NCBI GenBank assembly: GCA_963828495.1
Contig: CAWHFJ010000014.1
Location: forward strand, 41,538 to 105,537
Direction: 5' to 3'
Source: Candidatus Omnitrophota bacterium
Lineage (GTDB): Bacteria; Omnitrophota; Gorgyraeia; Zapsychrales; Fredricksoniimonadaceae
DNA: 64,000 nt
Part shown: in pieces, positions 1 to 9,262 of the stretch
Layout of the letters: every line of letters begins with the position of its first letter
How positions within the stretch are numbered: position 1 is the first letter of the stretch
Translations under genes and position numbers: made by a program
Notes under the pieces: model-generated
Told to the model about the DNA's origin: nothing
Seen by the model: only the letters and a program-made list of their open reading frames with translations
Database searches by the model: none

Positions 1-490
1 AAAAGCGCATTTGCTGGGCAGCGGCACCATCATGAACCAGGTCCTGGAAGCCCAAAAAATCCTGGAAGAAAAATATAACGTCTCCACCGATGTGTGGTCG
101 GTGACCAGTTACACTCAACTGCGCCGCGAGGCATTGCATGTCGAACGTGAGAATACCCTCAACGCCAAAAAATCCCTTGTGCCTTATGTCACACAAACAC
201 TCCGCCATGAAAAAGGCGTGTTTGTGGCCGCCTCTGATTATATGAAAATCCTGGCCGATTCCATCCGTCAATGGATCCCGGGTCCTTACGCAGTGCTGGG
301 CACCGACGGATTCGGCCGCTCAGAAAGCCGCGAAGCTTTGCGCGATTTCTTTGAAGTGGATGCCAAACATATTGTCTGGGCCGCTTTGATAACTTTGCAT
401 AAGCAAAAACAACTGGGGGGCGATATATTAGCCAAAGCCCAAAACGAATTAAAAATTAATCCTAATAAAATAAATCCAATGATTGCGTAA
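1..490 (+). CDS. aceE: pyruvate dehydrogenase E1 component (AceE type), C-terminal end; gene begins upstream of window
   Basis: Frame is open to the window edge. C-terminal GTDGFGRSESREALRDFFEVDAKHIVWAAL is typical of homodimeric E1. Followed directly by E2 and E3 genes. Confidence 0.85.
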   Translation, partial: KAHLLGSGTIMNQVLEAQKILEEKYNVSTDVWSVTSYTQLRREALHVERENTLNAKKSLVPYVTQTLRHEKGVFVAASDYMKILADSIRQWIPGPYAVLGTDGFGRSESREALRDFFEVDAKHIVWAALITLHKQKQLGGDILAKAQNELKINPNKINPMIA

Positions 491-494
491 ACAT

Positions 495-1796
495 ATGATC
501 GAACTCAAACTTCCTGAATTAGGTGAGAATATTTCCCAGGGCACTGTGACTAAAATTTTAGTCAAGAGAGGCGAGGCCATCAAAAAGGGACAAAATATCC
601 TGGAATTAGAAACCGACAAGGCTGTTTTGGAAGTCCCTTCCACTGCTGATGGCACGGTCAGTGAAATCCTGATCAAAAGCGGCGCGGTCATTAAAGTCGG
701 ACAGGTGATTTTAAAGCTCGGAGATGGGGCAAGTCTAGAAAAAGCTATGCCAACCCGGGGACATGTCCCCGAAGGGGACGTGTCCCCAAGCACACGGCCA
801 AACGAACCAAAGTTGAATACGAAAGCCCCCCAGGTAAACCACGTCAACGACGAACGTTCAAACGCTATTGCTCATGTCCCGATTCGTCAAGATGTCCCTG
901 CCGCGCCGTCGGTGCGTTTGTTGGCGCGCGAATTAGGCATTGATATCGCCCAAGTCCCTGCTTCAAGTCCCGGCGGACGTATTTCCAGTGCTGATGTGAA
1001 AGCCTATTGCAAGATACTTAATACCTCGCGCTTGACACCCCCACCTGGCCTCCCCCATCAAAGGGGAGGAGTAATGGACGTCCCGGCACTGCCTGATTTT
1101 AACAAATGGGGACCTACACGCCGTGAGCCCATGAGCAATGTCCGCAAAAAAACCGCCGAGCATCTGTCTATAGCCTGGCAAAACATCCCTCATGTCACCC
1201 AATTCGACAAAGCCGACATCACGGAATTGGAAAAGTTGCGCAAAAATCTTTCCCGTACCCAAAAAATTTCCGTGACCCCGTTTATCATTAAAGTGGTAGC
1301 CACTGCCTTAAGAGAATTTCCGCAATTTAATGCCAGCATTGATACGGCAACTGGGGAGATTATTTTTAAAAATTACATCAATATCGGTCTCGCCGTCGAC
1401 ACTGACCGCGGGCTGATAGTGCCGGTGTTAAAAAATGTGGACAAAATGTCCATTCTGCAAATTTCTGATGAGCTAACCGCTATGGCTGAGCGCGCCCGTT
1501 TACACAAAACCACTATCGAGGAAATGCAAGGCGGATGTTTTACGATTTCCAACTTAGGCGGTATCGGCGGCAACTTTTTTACCCCCATTATTAATTGGCC
1601 GGAAGTGGCCATTTTGGGTGTCTCGCGAGGGGCCTTGGAACCAACATACGCAGAAAAACACTGCTCACCGCGACTCATGCTCCCGCTATCTTTGTCCTAT
1701 GACCATCGTATCATTGATGGCGCTGATGGCGCCCGTTTTATCCGGTGGATATGCGAAGCGATCCAACAGCCTTTTTTACTGGACTTGAATAAATGA
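495..1796 (+). CDS. aceF: dihydrolipoamide acetyltransferase (PDH E2)
   Basis: Lipoyl domain (ELETDKAVLEVPS), E3-binding domain (PSVRLLARELGIDIAQV) and catalytic core with DHRIIDGADGARF. ATG 495 preferred over TTG 483. Confidence 0.9.
   Translation: MIELKLPELGENISQGTVTKILVKRGEAIKKGQNILELETDKAVLEVPSTADGTVSEILIKSGAVIKVGQVILKLGDGASLEKAMPTRGHVPEGDVSPSTRPNEPKLNTKAPQVNHVNDERSNAIAHVPIRQDVPAAPSVRLLARELGIDIAQVPASSPGGRISSADVKAYCKILNTSRLTPPPGLPHQRGGVMDVPALPDFNKWGPTRREPMSNVRKKTAEHLSIAWQNIPHVTQFDKADITELEKLRKNLSRTQKISVTPFIIKVVATALREFPQFNASIDTATGEIIFKNYINIGLAVDTDRGLIVPVLKNVDKMSILQISDELTAMAERARLHKTTIEEMQGGCFTISNLGGIGGNFFTPIINWPEVAILGVSRGALEPTYAEKHCSPRLMLPLSLSYDHRIIDGADGARFIRWICEAIQQPFLLDLNK
757..787. repeat. 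two tandem 14-nt perfect palindromes GGGGACATGTCCCC / GGGGACGTGTCCCC inside the E2 linker
   Basis: Read directly from the sequence; translated in frame as RGHVPEGDVSP. Confidence 0.85.
1036..1070. repeat. family B C-rich/G-rich hairpin repeat, copy inside the E2 coding sequence
   Basis: cacccccacctggcctcccccatcaaaggggagga is near-identical to copy 62795-62830. Stem CCTCCCC/GGGGAGG. Confidence 0.85.
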
Positions 1797-3214
1797 ATAC
1801 TTCCATCCAACTCGTCGTTATAGGTGCCGGGCCCGGCGGTTATGCCGCGGCTTTTTTGGCCGCTGACTTGGGATTAAATGTCGTCCTCGTAGATAAAGAA
1901 CCCAATCCCGGCGGAGTTTGCCTATACCGTGGGTGCATCCCCTCCAAAGCATTTTTGCACGCAGCCGGAATCATCAGGGAGGCCAAACATGCCAAAGTTT
2001 TTGGTATTGAATACAATACACCCAAAATAGACATCTCTAAACTGCGCGACTGGAAAAAAAGTGTAGTGGCCAAACTAACCGGCGGTTTAGGAGCGTTGAC
2101 CCGCGCACGCAAAGTCAAATATATTCAAGGAGAAGCCTCCTTCCTTAATTCTAATCGCCTTCGTATCAAAAAGACGGATGGCACCATCGAAGAATTATCT
2201 TTTCAAAAAGCGATTTTAGCCACCGGCTCCCGTCCGGCCGTCATCCCCAATTTACCTGTGTCCCCTCATATCTGGGACTCCACCACGGCTTTGGCCATGG
2301 ACAATGTGCCTAGCCGCCTTTTGGTCGTCGGCGGAGGTTATATCGGCATGGAATTGGGCACCGTGTACCATGCATTAGGCTCTCAAATCTCTGTTGTGGA
2401 AATGACCCCAGGCCTTTTGCCCGGAGCTGACCGCGATTTGACGGATGTGCTTTACAAACGAGCCAAAAATCAATTTGCCAAAATCATACTGGAGACTAAA
2501 GTCATTAAAATGCAGGAAATCAAAGACGGCATCAATGTCACTTTCACGGATAAAGAGGGCCATGAATTCAATGAAGACTACGATAAAGTCTTGGTCGCTG
2601 TCGGACGTAAGCCTAATTCAGAAAATCTGGGATTAGAAAACACCAAGGTCAAGGTGACACCCCGCGGGTTTATTGACGTTAATGACCAGCGCCGCACAGA
2701 TGATCCAGACATCTATGCCATCGGGGACATCGCCGGAGACCCCATGCTCGCCCATAAAGCCTCGCATGAAGGACGCGTGGCTGCCCAAGCCATCGCCGGA
2801 CGCAAGGTGGCTTTTGAACCGCGAGCTATCCCGGCCGTTGTTTTTACCGATCCGGAAATCGCCTGGTGCGGATTAACCGAAATTGATGCGGCCAAAACCG
2901 GCCTTGAGGTCACTGTGGCCAAATTCCCCTGGGCTGCGTCCGGACGCGCATTGACCCTCGAGTGTACAGATGGCTTAACCAAACTCATCATTGACCCGAA
3001 AACTCAACGCGTCTTGGGAATGGGTATTGTCGGCGTGGGTGCCGGAGAAATGATCGCTGAAGGGGTACTCGCTATTGAAATGGGTGCTGTGGCTCAAGAT
3101 TTAAAACTGTCCATCCATCCGCATCCCACCCTCTCGGAAACCGTGATGGAAACAGCGGAAAGCTTTTTTGGCCAAAGCACGCATATTTACAAACCTCGTT
3201 CTCTTAAAGCATAG
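1793..3214 (+). CDS. lpdA: dihydrolipoyl dehydrogenase (PDH E3)
   Basis: GAGPGGY FAD fold, redox disulfide GGVCLYRGCIPSK, C-terminal HPHPTLSE. ATGA overlap with the E2 stop. Confidence 0.9.
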   Translation: MNTSIQLVVIGAGPGGYAAAFLAADLGLNVVLVDKEPNPGGVCLYRGCIPSKAFLHAAGIIREAKHAKVFGIEYNTPKIDISKLRDWKKSVVAKLTGGLGALTRARKVKYIQGEASFLNSNRLRIKKTDGTIEELSFQKAILATGSRPAVIPNLPVSPHIWDSTTALAMDNVPSRLLVVGGGYIGMELGTVYHALGSQISVVEMTPGLLPGADRDLTDVLYKRAKNQFAKIILETKVIKMQEIKDGINVTFTDKEGHEFNEDYDKVLVAVGRKPNSENLGLENTKVKVTPRGFIDVNDQRRTDDPDIYAIGDIAGDPMLAHKASHEGRVAAQAIAGRKVAFEPRAIPAVVFTDPEIAWCGLTEIDAAKTGLEVTVAKFPWAASGRALTLECTDGLTKLIIDPKTQRVLGMGIVGVGAGEMIAEGVLAIEMGAVAQDLKLSIHPHPTLSETVMETAESFFGQSTHIYKPRSLKA

Positions 3215-4626
3215 AACAACTTCCACCAGGCATCATTGGCCTGTCGGCAGGTCAAACCTAATTTTTGGGCCATAAAATAACGGCAATGATAATTCCGTCG
3301 GTAAAAATTCACTAAAAACGCCTTCCAATCTTCATCGGTTTTAATCTGGTCGGCCTTCTCCTTGATCCAATAATCAAACATGCCCCGGCTCTCCTGGGGA
3401 TAAATCATAAAATATTGATACGCTAATACCCCGCCGCACAATAGTCCCGCCAAAGCGATGGGCAGCCACACTACCTTCATCCACTCTGCCACCGAGAACA
3501 ACATAAACCCGGTGAATAACATCATAAACGGCCACGAGCCGCATATTCTCAAGGCATGCGGCAATTCCTGATTAGTCAAGGCCGAAGGGATGATCCCTAT
3601 AAAAAAATTCACGGTTAACAATAAAAGCCAGCGCCGGTTTTTGATGACCGGATTATCCCCCCAAGAACGACGCAGAAAAGCTAAAATCAAAAATACCAGG
3701 AGAACTCCTAAGGCTGCGATATCGAGCCCGCTGAAGATCCCTAAGTGACGGGTGGAATGCACATAAGAAGGATCGCCGGTGAAAAAAAGAAAATTGGGGC
3801 TTAAGTGTAAGAAATAGTTGTGAATAAAAATTATAACCAAGTCCCCCATAGTTCCAGTGCTTCCTAAAGAATGTAAGTAGTCCGGATTAAAAATGCTGAT
3901 AATGTTAAACCGACTGGATAATTGGCCATGCATGTATTGCCACAGCAAAGGCAGCAAGGTCACAATAAACACCGATGCCAAACTCATCCAAGCATGACGC
4001 TCTAAAGGACGCCGCCCCCCTTCATAAATCGCCAGCGTAGCCATCATTAAAGGTATTTGCAATCTTGCCGGCGGATAAGCATACATAGCGCCGGCAAACA
4101 GTACGCCTGCCAGAGCCCAATCCCACCAGCGCCTGGAACGCATCAGAAAATAAAGACCCCAAACGGTAAATGCCACAGCAAAATAAGATTCTAACGCCAC
4201 CCTGGTCACGACCCACGCCCAAGGGGAACAACTGGCAGCCAAGACAACGAGTAGGGCAAAAGCTACACCATAAAGCTCTTTAGAAAGAAAAAATAATCCC
4301 AGAATACCTACCAACAATCCGCATAGACTGTACGCTCTCAAACTGGGTACAGTGGACCCGAATACTTTGACCCAAAGGATGCCCGGATACATATAAACCG
4401 GCGGTTTATCCTGGCCATATTCCATCAAACCAAATAACGGCCAGCGTCTAAGTTCCGCATCACACCCACTTTGGGCCATACATTGCATAGTGACCGCACA
4501 GCTCACTTCATCCACATGAAAACCATACGGAATGGTGTCCAGCTTCCAAAATCGCAGGAGATTCAATACCAAAATCAGCACAATGATAAGGGCTAATGCC
4601 ATTCTTTTAAACATAGTGTTATTCAT
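3187..4626 (-). CDS. GT-C fold membrane glycosyltransferase (GT39/ArnT-like)
   Basis: Polytopic membrane protein with first-loop motif YGFHVDEVS, as in PMT/ArnT-type enzymes. ATG 4626 preferred over GTG 4644. Confidence 0.6.
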   Translation of the reverse strand: MNNTMFKRMALALIIVLILVLNLLRFWKLDTIPYGFHVDEVSCAVTMQCMAQSGCDAELRRWPLFGLMEYGQDKPPVYMYPGILWVKVFGSTVPSLRAYSLCGLLVGILGLFFLSKELYGVAFALLVVLAASCSPWAWVVTRVALESYFAVAFTVWGLYFLMRSRRWWDWALAGVLFAGAMYAYPPARLQIPLMMATLAIYEGGRRPLERHAWMSLASVFIVTLLPLLWQYMHGQLSSRFNIISIFNPDYLHSLGSTGTMGDLVIIFIHNYFLHLSPNFLFFTGDPSYVHSTRHLGIFSGLDIAALGVLLVFLILAFLRRSWGDNPVIKNRRWLLLLTVNFFIGIIPSALTNQELPHALRICGSWPFMMLFTGFMLFSVAEWMKVVWLPIALAGLLCGGVLAYQYFMIYPQESRGMFDYWIKEKADQIKTDEDWKAFLVNFYRRNYHCRYFMAQKLGLTCRQANDAWWKLFYALRERGL

Positions 4627-4709
4627 ATTATCATAGCAACGCACCTAAAACAAATACGTGCGTATTTTTATTGCACTACGCATCCTTTTTTGTTATACAT
4701 ATCAACATC

Positions 4710-5429
4710 ATGCCTACCGATGAATACGATATATCAGTCGTCATTCCCGCCAAAAACGAGGCGCTGAGGCTTCCCCCATTTTTGCAAACCCTGGTAACTT
4801 ATGCCCAAAAAAGCCGTTACCGTTATGAATTGATCATTGTAGATGACGGCAGTACGGATAAAACAGCCGAAGTTGTTTTAAACTTTAAAAAGTTATTTCC
4901 TCCGTTGGTCCTTATCCGGCTTGAAAAAAATAATGGCAAAGGCTTTGCGGTCAAACAGGGTATTTTATCGGCCCGTGGGCGTATTGTGCTATTTATGGAC
5001 GCGGACGGCTCCACGCCTGCCGACGAAATCGAAAAAAATTTAAAATTCTTGTCCGAAGGCTATGACATCGTCATAGGTTCAAGGGTCTTACACAACACGA
5101 CTTCCAAGGTCAAGGCCTTGTTCTACCGTAAAAGTATGGGGGCCATCTTTAATTTCTGCGTCCATACATTCCTGATTAAGGACATTAAAGACACTCAATG
5201 CGGATTTAAAATGTTCCGCCGTGAAATTATCCGTCCATTATGGGAAAATATCCGGCTGCAAGGTTTTGGATTTGACCTGGAAGTCCTGTTTCTGGCACAA
5301 AAAATGAATTATAGGATCAAGGAAGTCGCCGTCAATTGGACGCACAGGGAGCAGAGCAAAATCAATCTGGTGAAAGACTCCTTGACGATGCTGGCCAATA
5401 TTTTTCAAATCAGAAGATGGTATGGTTAG
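4710..5429 (+). CDS. family 2 glycosyltransferase, polyprenyl-phosphate sugar transferase type (DPM1/GtrB-like)
   Basis: ISVVIPAKNE, VDDGSTDKT and MDADGS (DxD) motifs. ATG 4710 preferred over TTG 4671. Confidence 0.75.
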   Translation: MPTDEYDISVVIPAKNEALRLPPFLQTLVTYAQKSRYRYELIIVDDGSTDKTAEVVLNFKKLFPPLVLIRLEKNNGKGFAVKQGILSARGRIVLFMDADGSTPADEIEKNLKFLSEGYDIVIGSRVLHNTTSKVKALFYRKSMGAIFNFCVHTFLIKDIKDTQCGFKMFRREIIRPLWENIRLQGFGFDLEVLFLAQKMNYRIKEVAVNWTHREQSKINLVKDSLTMLANIFQIRRWYG

Positions 5430-5875
5430 ATTTTCTCTAAAACACCATCCAGGCGAAGATTGTCCCCCACCTTCCAGTTGTGCAAAGCGGCATAACCATC
5501 ACTGAGTTCCAACACATAGCGGCAGGGCTGATTGGGGGCATACACCGGACATGGATCTGTTTTACAGGCGGGAATATGGGGGCTTATAAAAACAATCCGG
5601 CCTGCCTGGCTAATCCATACCATATCCAAATTAAAACTCATATTTTTCATCCAAAAACGAGGACGGTCATCATAGGTAAAAACAAAAAACATGCCCCTGT
5701 CTTTCTCCAGGCCCTTGCGGTACATCAAACCGCGCTGCATATCTTCCGTCTTGGAAACCACCTCTACACCCACGCAATTGTCAAGATGACAAACCGAAGG
5801 GGTTTTTGCCCACACGGGGTTAGGACCAAAAACTAAAAATATGAAACAAAATATGAGATTGCTTCGTACCCTCAT
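5426..5875 (-). CDS. DUF192 family secreted protein
   Basis: RGLMYRKGLEKDRGMFFVF...MKNMSFNLDMVWI pattern of DUF192. Signal-like MRVRSNLIFCFIFLVFGPNPVWA from ATG 5875. Confidence 0.7.
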   Translation of the reverse strand: MRVRSNLIFCFIFLVFGPNPVWAKTPSVCHLDNCVGVEVVSKTEDMQRGLMYRKGLEKDRGMFFVFTYDDRPRFWMKNMSFNLDMVWISQAGRIVFISPHIPACKTDPCPVYAPNQPCRYVLELSDGYAALHNWKVGDNLRLDGVLEKI

Positions 5876-5919
5876 ACCAGGTACTATCGATGGTCGTCGC
5901 TTCGCTCCTCGCAATGACA
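5855..5919. repeat. family A repeat, split copy with a 27-nt insert
   Basis: gagattgcttcg + insert + tcgtcgcttcgctcctcgcaatgaca. Confidence 0.8.
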
Positions 5920-5928
5920 TTGTGAAAT

Positions 5929-6510
5929 TCATAGCGCGTGGACTCCGAATTTTTTTAACATCGCGGCCAGCTTGGCTAACGGCAGGCCGACCACGTTAAA
6001 ATAACACCCCTCGATGCGCGGGATAAAAAGCGCTCCGCGCCCCTCGATGTCAAACCCGCCGGCTTTATCCAAAGGTGAAATAAATTTATAATAACGGCTG
6101 ATCGCCTCATCAGAGAGCCTGGTCATAAACACCTTGGTCTTTTCCCAACCAAGTGTACAACGTCCGCTAGGGACTTCAATAAGGGCCAAGCCCGAATAGA
6201 CCCAATGAGGTTTCGCCATTAATTCTTTAAGATTCTTTTTGGCTTCCTGAATGGTTTTAGGCTTCAAGATCAGACGCCCACGAGCAGAACACACGACCGT
6301 GTCCGAGCCAATGACAATGCCTTGACGCGTACGCAGAGCTACATCACGGGCCTTGTTTAAGGCATTGGTTTGCACCAAATGGGCGCAACCTTTGGATACA
6401 CGGGAGATTTCGGTCACCCGGCCGGGAGAGCGTACGGTAAAAGGCAGCCCCAATATTTTCATAAGCTTGCGACGCTGGGGACTCTTCGAAGCTAAGATGA
6501 GCTTTTTCAT
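5929..6510 (-). CDS. maf: Maf-like nucleoside triphosphate pyrophosphatase
   Basis: LILASKSPQRRKLMKILGLPF N-terminus and Maf-length ORF. Confidence 0.85.
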   Translation of the reverse strand: MKKLILASKSPQRRKLMKILGLPFTVRSPGRVTEISRVSKGCAHLVQTNALNKARDVALRTRQGIVIGSDTVVCSARGRLILKPKTIQEAKKNLKELMAKPHWVYSGLALIEVPSGRCTLGWEKTKVFMTRLSDEAISRYYKFISPLDKAGGFDIEGRGALFIPRIEGCYFNVVGLPLAKLAAMLKKFGVHAL

Positions 6511-7064
6511 TGAAGGAATTCGGAGATGGAAAAAATGGATTCTAAAGGCACGTTATATTGGGCCAATGCCTCACGGGCGCCTTCTTGCCTGTCGACTACA
6601 CAAATAGCTTTTTTAATCTTGATATTCATGCTCTGCAGCACAACAATCGATTCCACAAAAGCTTTTCCGGTGGTGGCCACATCATCAATAATCACAACCG
6701 AACTGCCTTCCTTAAGCCAAGGGCCTTCCACCTGCTGGCCTTTGCCATGCGCCTTGGGTTGTTTGCGGATAATAAAAGTATTCATGGGATGCCCTGCCTC
6801 ATAACTTTGCGAGGCTATGGCTCCCACCATAGGGTCTGCGCCCAAGGTAGGACCGCCGATGGCGTCTATCTTATCTTGACTAACCATATCCAGTATAATA
6901 CGCGCCGTTAAATACGCCCCCGCGGCAGTTAAAGTCACCCGTCTGGCATCCAAATAAAAATCGCTGGTCTTCCCTGACGATAAAACAAATTTCCCCCTGG
7001 AGAAAGCCTGGGATTTGAGGATACGCAATAATTCACTTTTGTCCTGATTTATAGAATTTTGCAT
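6507..7064 (-). CDS. pyrE: orotate phosphoribosyltransferase
   Basis: PRPP-binding motif VVIIDDVATTGKA; type I PRTase fold sequence. Confidence 0.9.
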   Translation of the reverse strand: MQNSINQDKSELLRILKSQAFSRGKFVLSSGKTSDFYLDARRVTLTAAGAYLTARIILDMVSQDKIDAIGGPTLGADPMVGAIASQSYEAGHPMNTFIIRKQPKAHGKGQQVEGPWLKEGSSVVIIDDVATTGKAFVESIVVLQSMNIKIKKAICVVDRQEGAREALAQYNVPLESIFSISEFLQ

Positions 7065-7068
7065 GGAT

Positions 7069-7365
7069 TTAAAATTGCGGGAGCTCCAAATTACGACTAT
7101 GGATTTCCACCAACAACATAAGGCGGTATTTTAACAGATTTTTATAGTCTTTGTATTCTTTGGCGCTAAAACCGGACGTGGCATGAAAGGAACGACTGGC
7201 CTCAATCTCCACCAAGGTGTTCATATAAGCATCCGTCAGCTGCTCATCGCTGAGTTTAGAAATATCCTGCTTATCCAAAATAGTCACGTCGGACGCAAAT
7301 TCGGCCATGGACAAAGGCGTTAAAAATAAAACCATCATCGTCGCTAAAGTCAATTTTTTAAACAT
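7069..7365 (-). CDS. small secreted protein, unknown function
   Basis: 98-codon ORF with a signal peptide (MFKKLTLATMMVLFLTPLSMA). No family recognised. Confidence 0.4.
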   Translation of the reverse strand: MFKKLTLATMMVLFLTPLSMAEFASDVTILDKQDISKLSDEQLTDAYMNTLVEIEASRSFHATSGFSAKEYKDYKNLLKYRLMLLVEIHSRNLELPQF

Positions 7366-7419
7366 ATCACCCTTTCCTTAAAATGTAGTCTAAATAGTCT
7401 CCCCGAGCAAATTAATTAT

Positions 7420-8160
7420 ATGGTAATATACAGCATGCTTCAAGCCTTTTTACAGGGAGCTCGGGAACTGATATTCCCCGACAATTGCCTGCTGTGTCGG
7501 GCGTTCCTTAATAGCCGCCATCAGCGCCAGCTGTGTACGGCCTGCACACAGCTTCTGGCATTTAATCCGGCCCCATTTTGCCGGTATTGCCCGCGCAGCG
7601 TCTTTGCTCAAAACGGTGAAAATATTTGTCCATCCTGCACTCAAAACCATTTTGCTTTTGATTGTGCCTGGGCGGCCTGTCTTTATAATGAAACGGCCCA
7701 AAAGCTGCTGCACGCCTTCAAATATGGTTCAAAAACATCTCTACATAAAACATTTGTTCCGTTAATGATCGATTTTGCCACCCGCCATCAAATACCCGTA
7801 CACTCATTTGACATCATTGCCCCTGTGCCTCTGCATCCGGCAAGACTACGGGAAAGAGGCTACAATCAGTCAAACCTGCTTTCTTTAGGGCTAAGCCGCC
7901 ACTGGGGCATTGGACATACGGAAGATCTGTTAATACGACGGAAGAATACCCCCACCCAGACGGAATTAGGCGCAAAACAACGCTGGACAAATTTGGAAGG
8001 CGCTTTTAAAATAAACGATTCCGCCTACGTTCAGGGCAAAAGCGTACTTATGGTAGACGATCTGTTTACCACGGGAGCCACCCTCCACTGGGCGGCGGAC
8101 ACTTTAAAAACAGCCGGTGCCGCACGGGTGGGCGTATTAACTTTGGGTATAACAATTTAA
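7420..8160 (+). CDS. comF: ComF family phosphoribosyltransferase-like protein
   Basis: N-terminal Cys clusters (CLLC...CTAC, CRYC...CPSC) and C-terminal PRTase motif VLMVDDLFTTGATL. Confidence 0.75.
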   Translation: MVIYSMLQAFLQGARELIFPDNCLLCRAFLNSRHQRQLCTACTQLLAFNPAPFCRYCPRSVFAQNGENICPSCTQNHFAFDCAWAACLYNETAQKLLHAFKYGSKTSLHKTFVPLMIDFATRHQIPVHSFDIIAPVPLHPARLRERGYNQSNLLSLGLSRHWGIGHTEDLLIRRKNTPTQTELGAKQRWTNLEGAFKINDSAYVQGKSVLMVDDLFTTGATLHWAADTLKTAGAARVGVLTLGITI

Positions 8161-8163
8161 CCT

Positions 8164-9252
8164 ATGCATATTCTAAGAAACTATATTTTAAAAGAATGCC
8201 TTCAGCCCTTTGTGCTGTCTATCAGCGTCCTGACCAGCGTCTTTCTTCTGGGATATTTACCGCAATTGGCCAATAAGGTCATTAATGACGGCGTGTCCCT
8301 GACGGCCATGAGCCAGGTCTTTCTTTACTATATCCCCATCCTTCTGGGTTATACCCTGCCGATCGCCTGTCTGGTCACGGTGATCCTGGCCTTCGGCCAT
8401 ATGTCCTCGGAAAATGAAATCTTGGCCATGCGCGCTTCGGGTATCCACCTGCGCCGGCTGCTGATGCCGCTGATCATAGTCGGTATTGCCTTAAGCCTGG
8501 TGGTGTATATTCTCAACGACCGTATCATCCCCGAGGCTTATGACGCCCAAACGCGTATTTTACAGGAAACCGGCAGTCAAAACCCCACCGCTATGCTGGA
8601 GGCCGGCAGCTTCATCAACGCCTTTGATAAATATATTATTTTTATTTACCGTATGGAAGGTGATAAATTATATGGAGTCAGAATTTACCAGCCCGAACCC
8701 AACAAGCCGACCCGTACCACCGTGTCCCAGGAAGGTGAATTTGTCCATGTCCCAGGGCGTGACCAGCTGATGATCAAACTTATCAACGGCACAACCGACG
8801 AACCTGACGTCAAAAATCCCAATAATTTTTATAAACTTAATTTCCAGCAGTCTTTTATGTACATGGACGTTTCCAAAAAGAAAGCAGGGCCTGAAAAAAA
8901 ATTCAAGGCCATGACGCTAAGGGAGCTGTCCCGCAAAATTGAAGAAATCCGCAGCCTGTTTATCGACCCGGCCCCGCTGTTGGCCGAATATCATCGCCGC
9001 CTGGCATGGTCACTCTCACCCTTACTATTTATCCTGTTGGGCTTTCCTTTTGCCGCCGTCACCCATCGCAGGGCCAGGTCAGCCAATCTTATATATGCTT
9101 TATTGTTCGCCGCCCCTTATTACATCCTTTCTTTAGCCTGCCAGGGGTTGGCCTCTCAGAATGTTTTTAACCCTATTGCCTTAATGTGGGCGCCGGATGC
9201 CACCGCCTTTATTTTGGCCATTATTTTAAACTGGAAATTATGCACCCAATAA
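8164..9252 (+). CDS. lptF: LPS export permease, LptF/LptG (YjgP/YjgQ) family
   Basis: Six-TM YjgP/YjgQ architecture with a central periplasmic domain. Paired with a paralogue downstream. Confidence 0.7.
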   Translation: MHILRNYILKECLQPFVLSISVLTSVFLLGYLPQLANKVINDGVSLTAMSQVFLYYIPILLGYTLPIACLVTVILAFGHMSSENEILAMRASGIHLRRLLMPLIIVGIALSLVVYILNDRIIPEAYDAQTRILQETGSQNPTAMLEAGSFINAFDKYIIFIYRMEGDKLYGVRIYQPEPNKPTRTTVSQEGEFVHVPGRDQLMIKLINGTTDEPDVKNPNNFYKLNFQQSFMYMDVSKKKAGPEKKFKAMTLRELSRKIEEIRSLFIDPAPLLAEYHRRLAWSLSPLLFILLGFPFAAVTHRRARSANLIYALLFAAPYYILSLACQGLASQNVFNPIALMWAPDATAFILAIILNWKLCTQ

Positions 9253-9262
9253 TAGGTCCTTT

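Noticed and set aside
449-847. Many 60-170-codon ORFs in the track lie antisense to, or out of frame within, longer conserved genes. Examples: 449-847, 963-1262, 10453-10972, 15590-16043, 23578-24175, 49304-49703, 51408-51926, 58842-59256.
   Set aside because: Each is fully contained in a gene with clear family signatures on the other strand or frame, and none shows recognisable motifs. They are treated as shadow ORFs.
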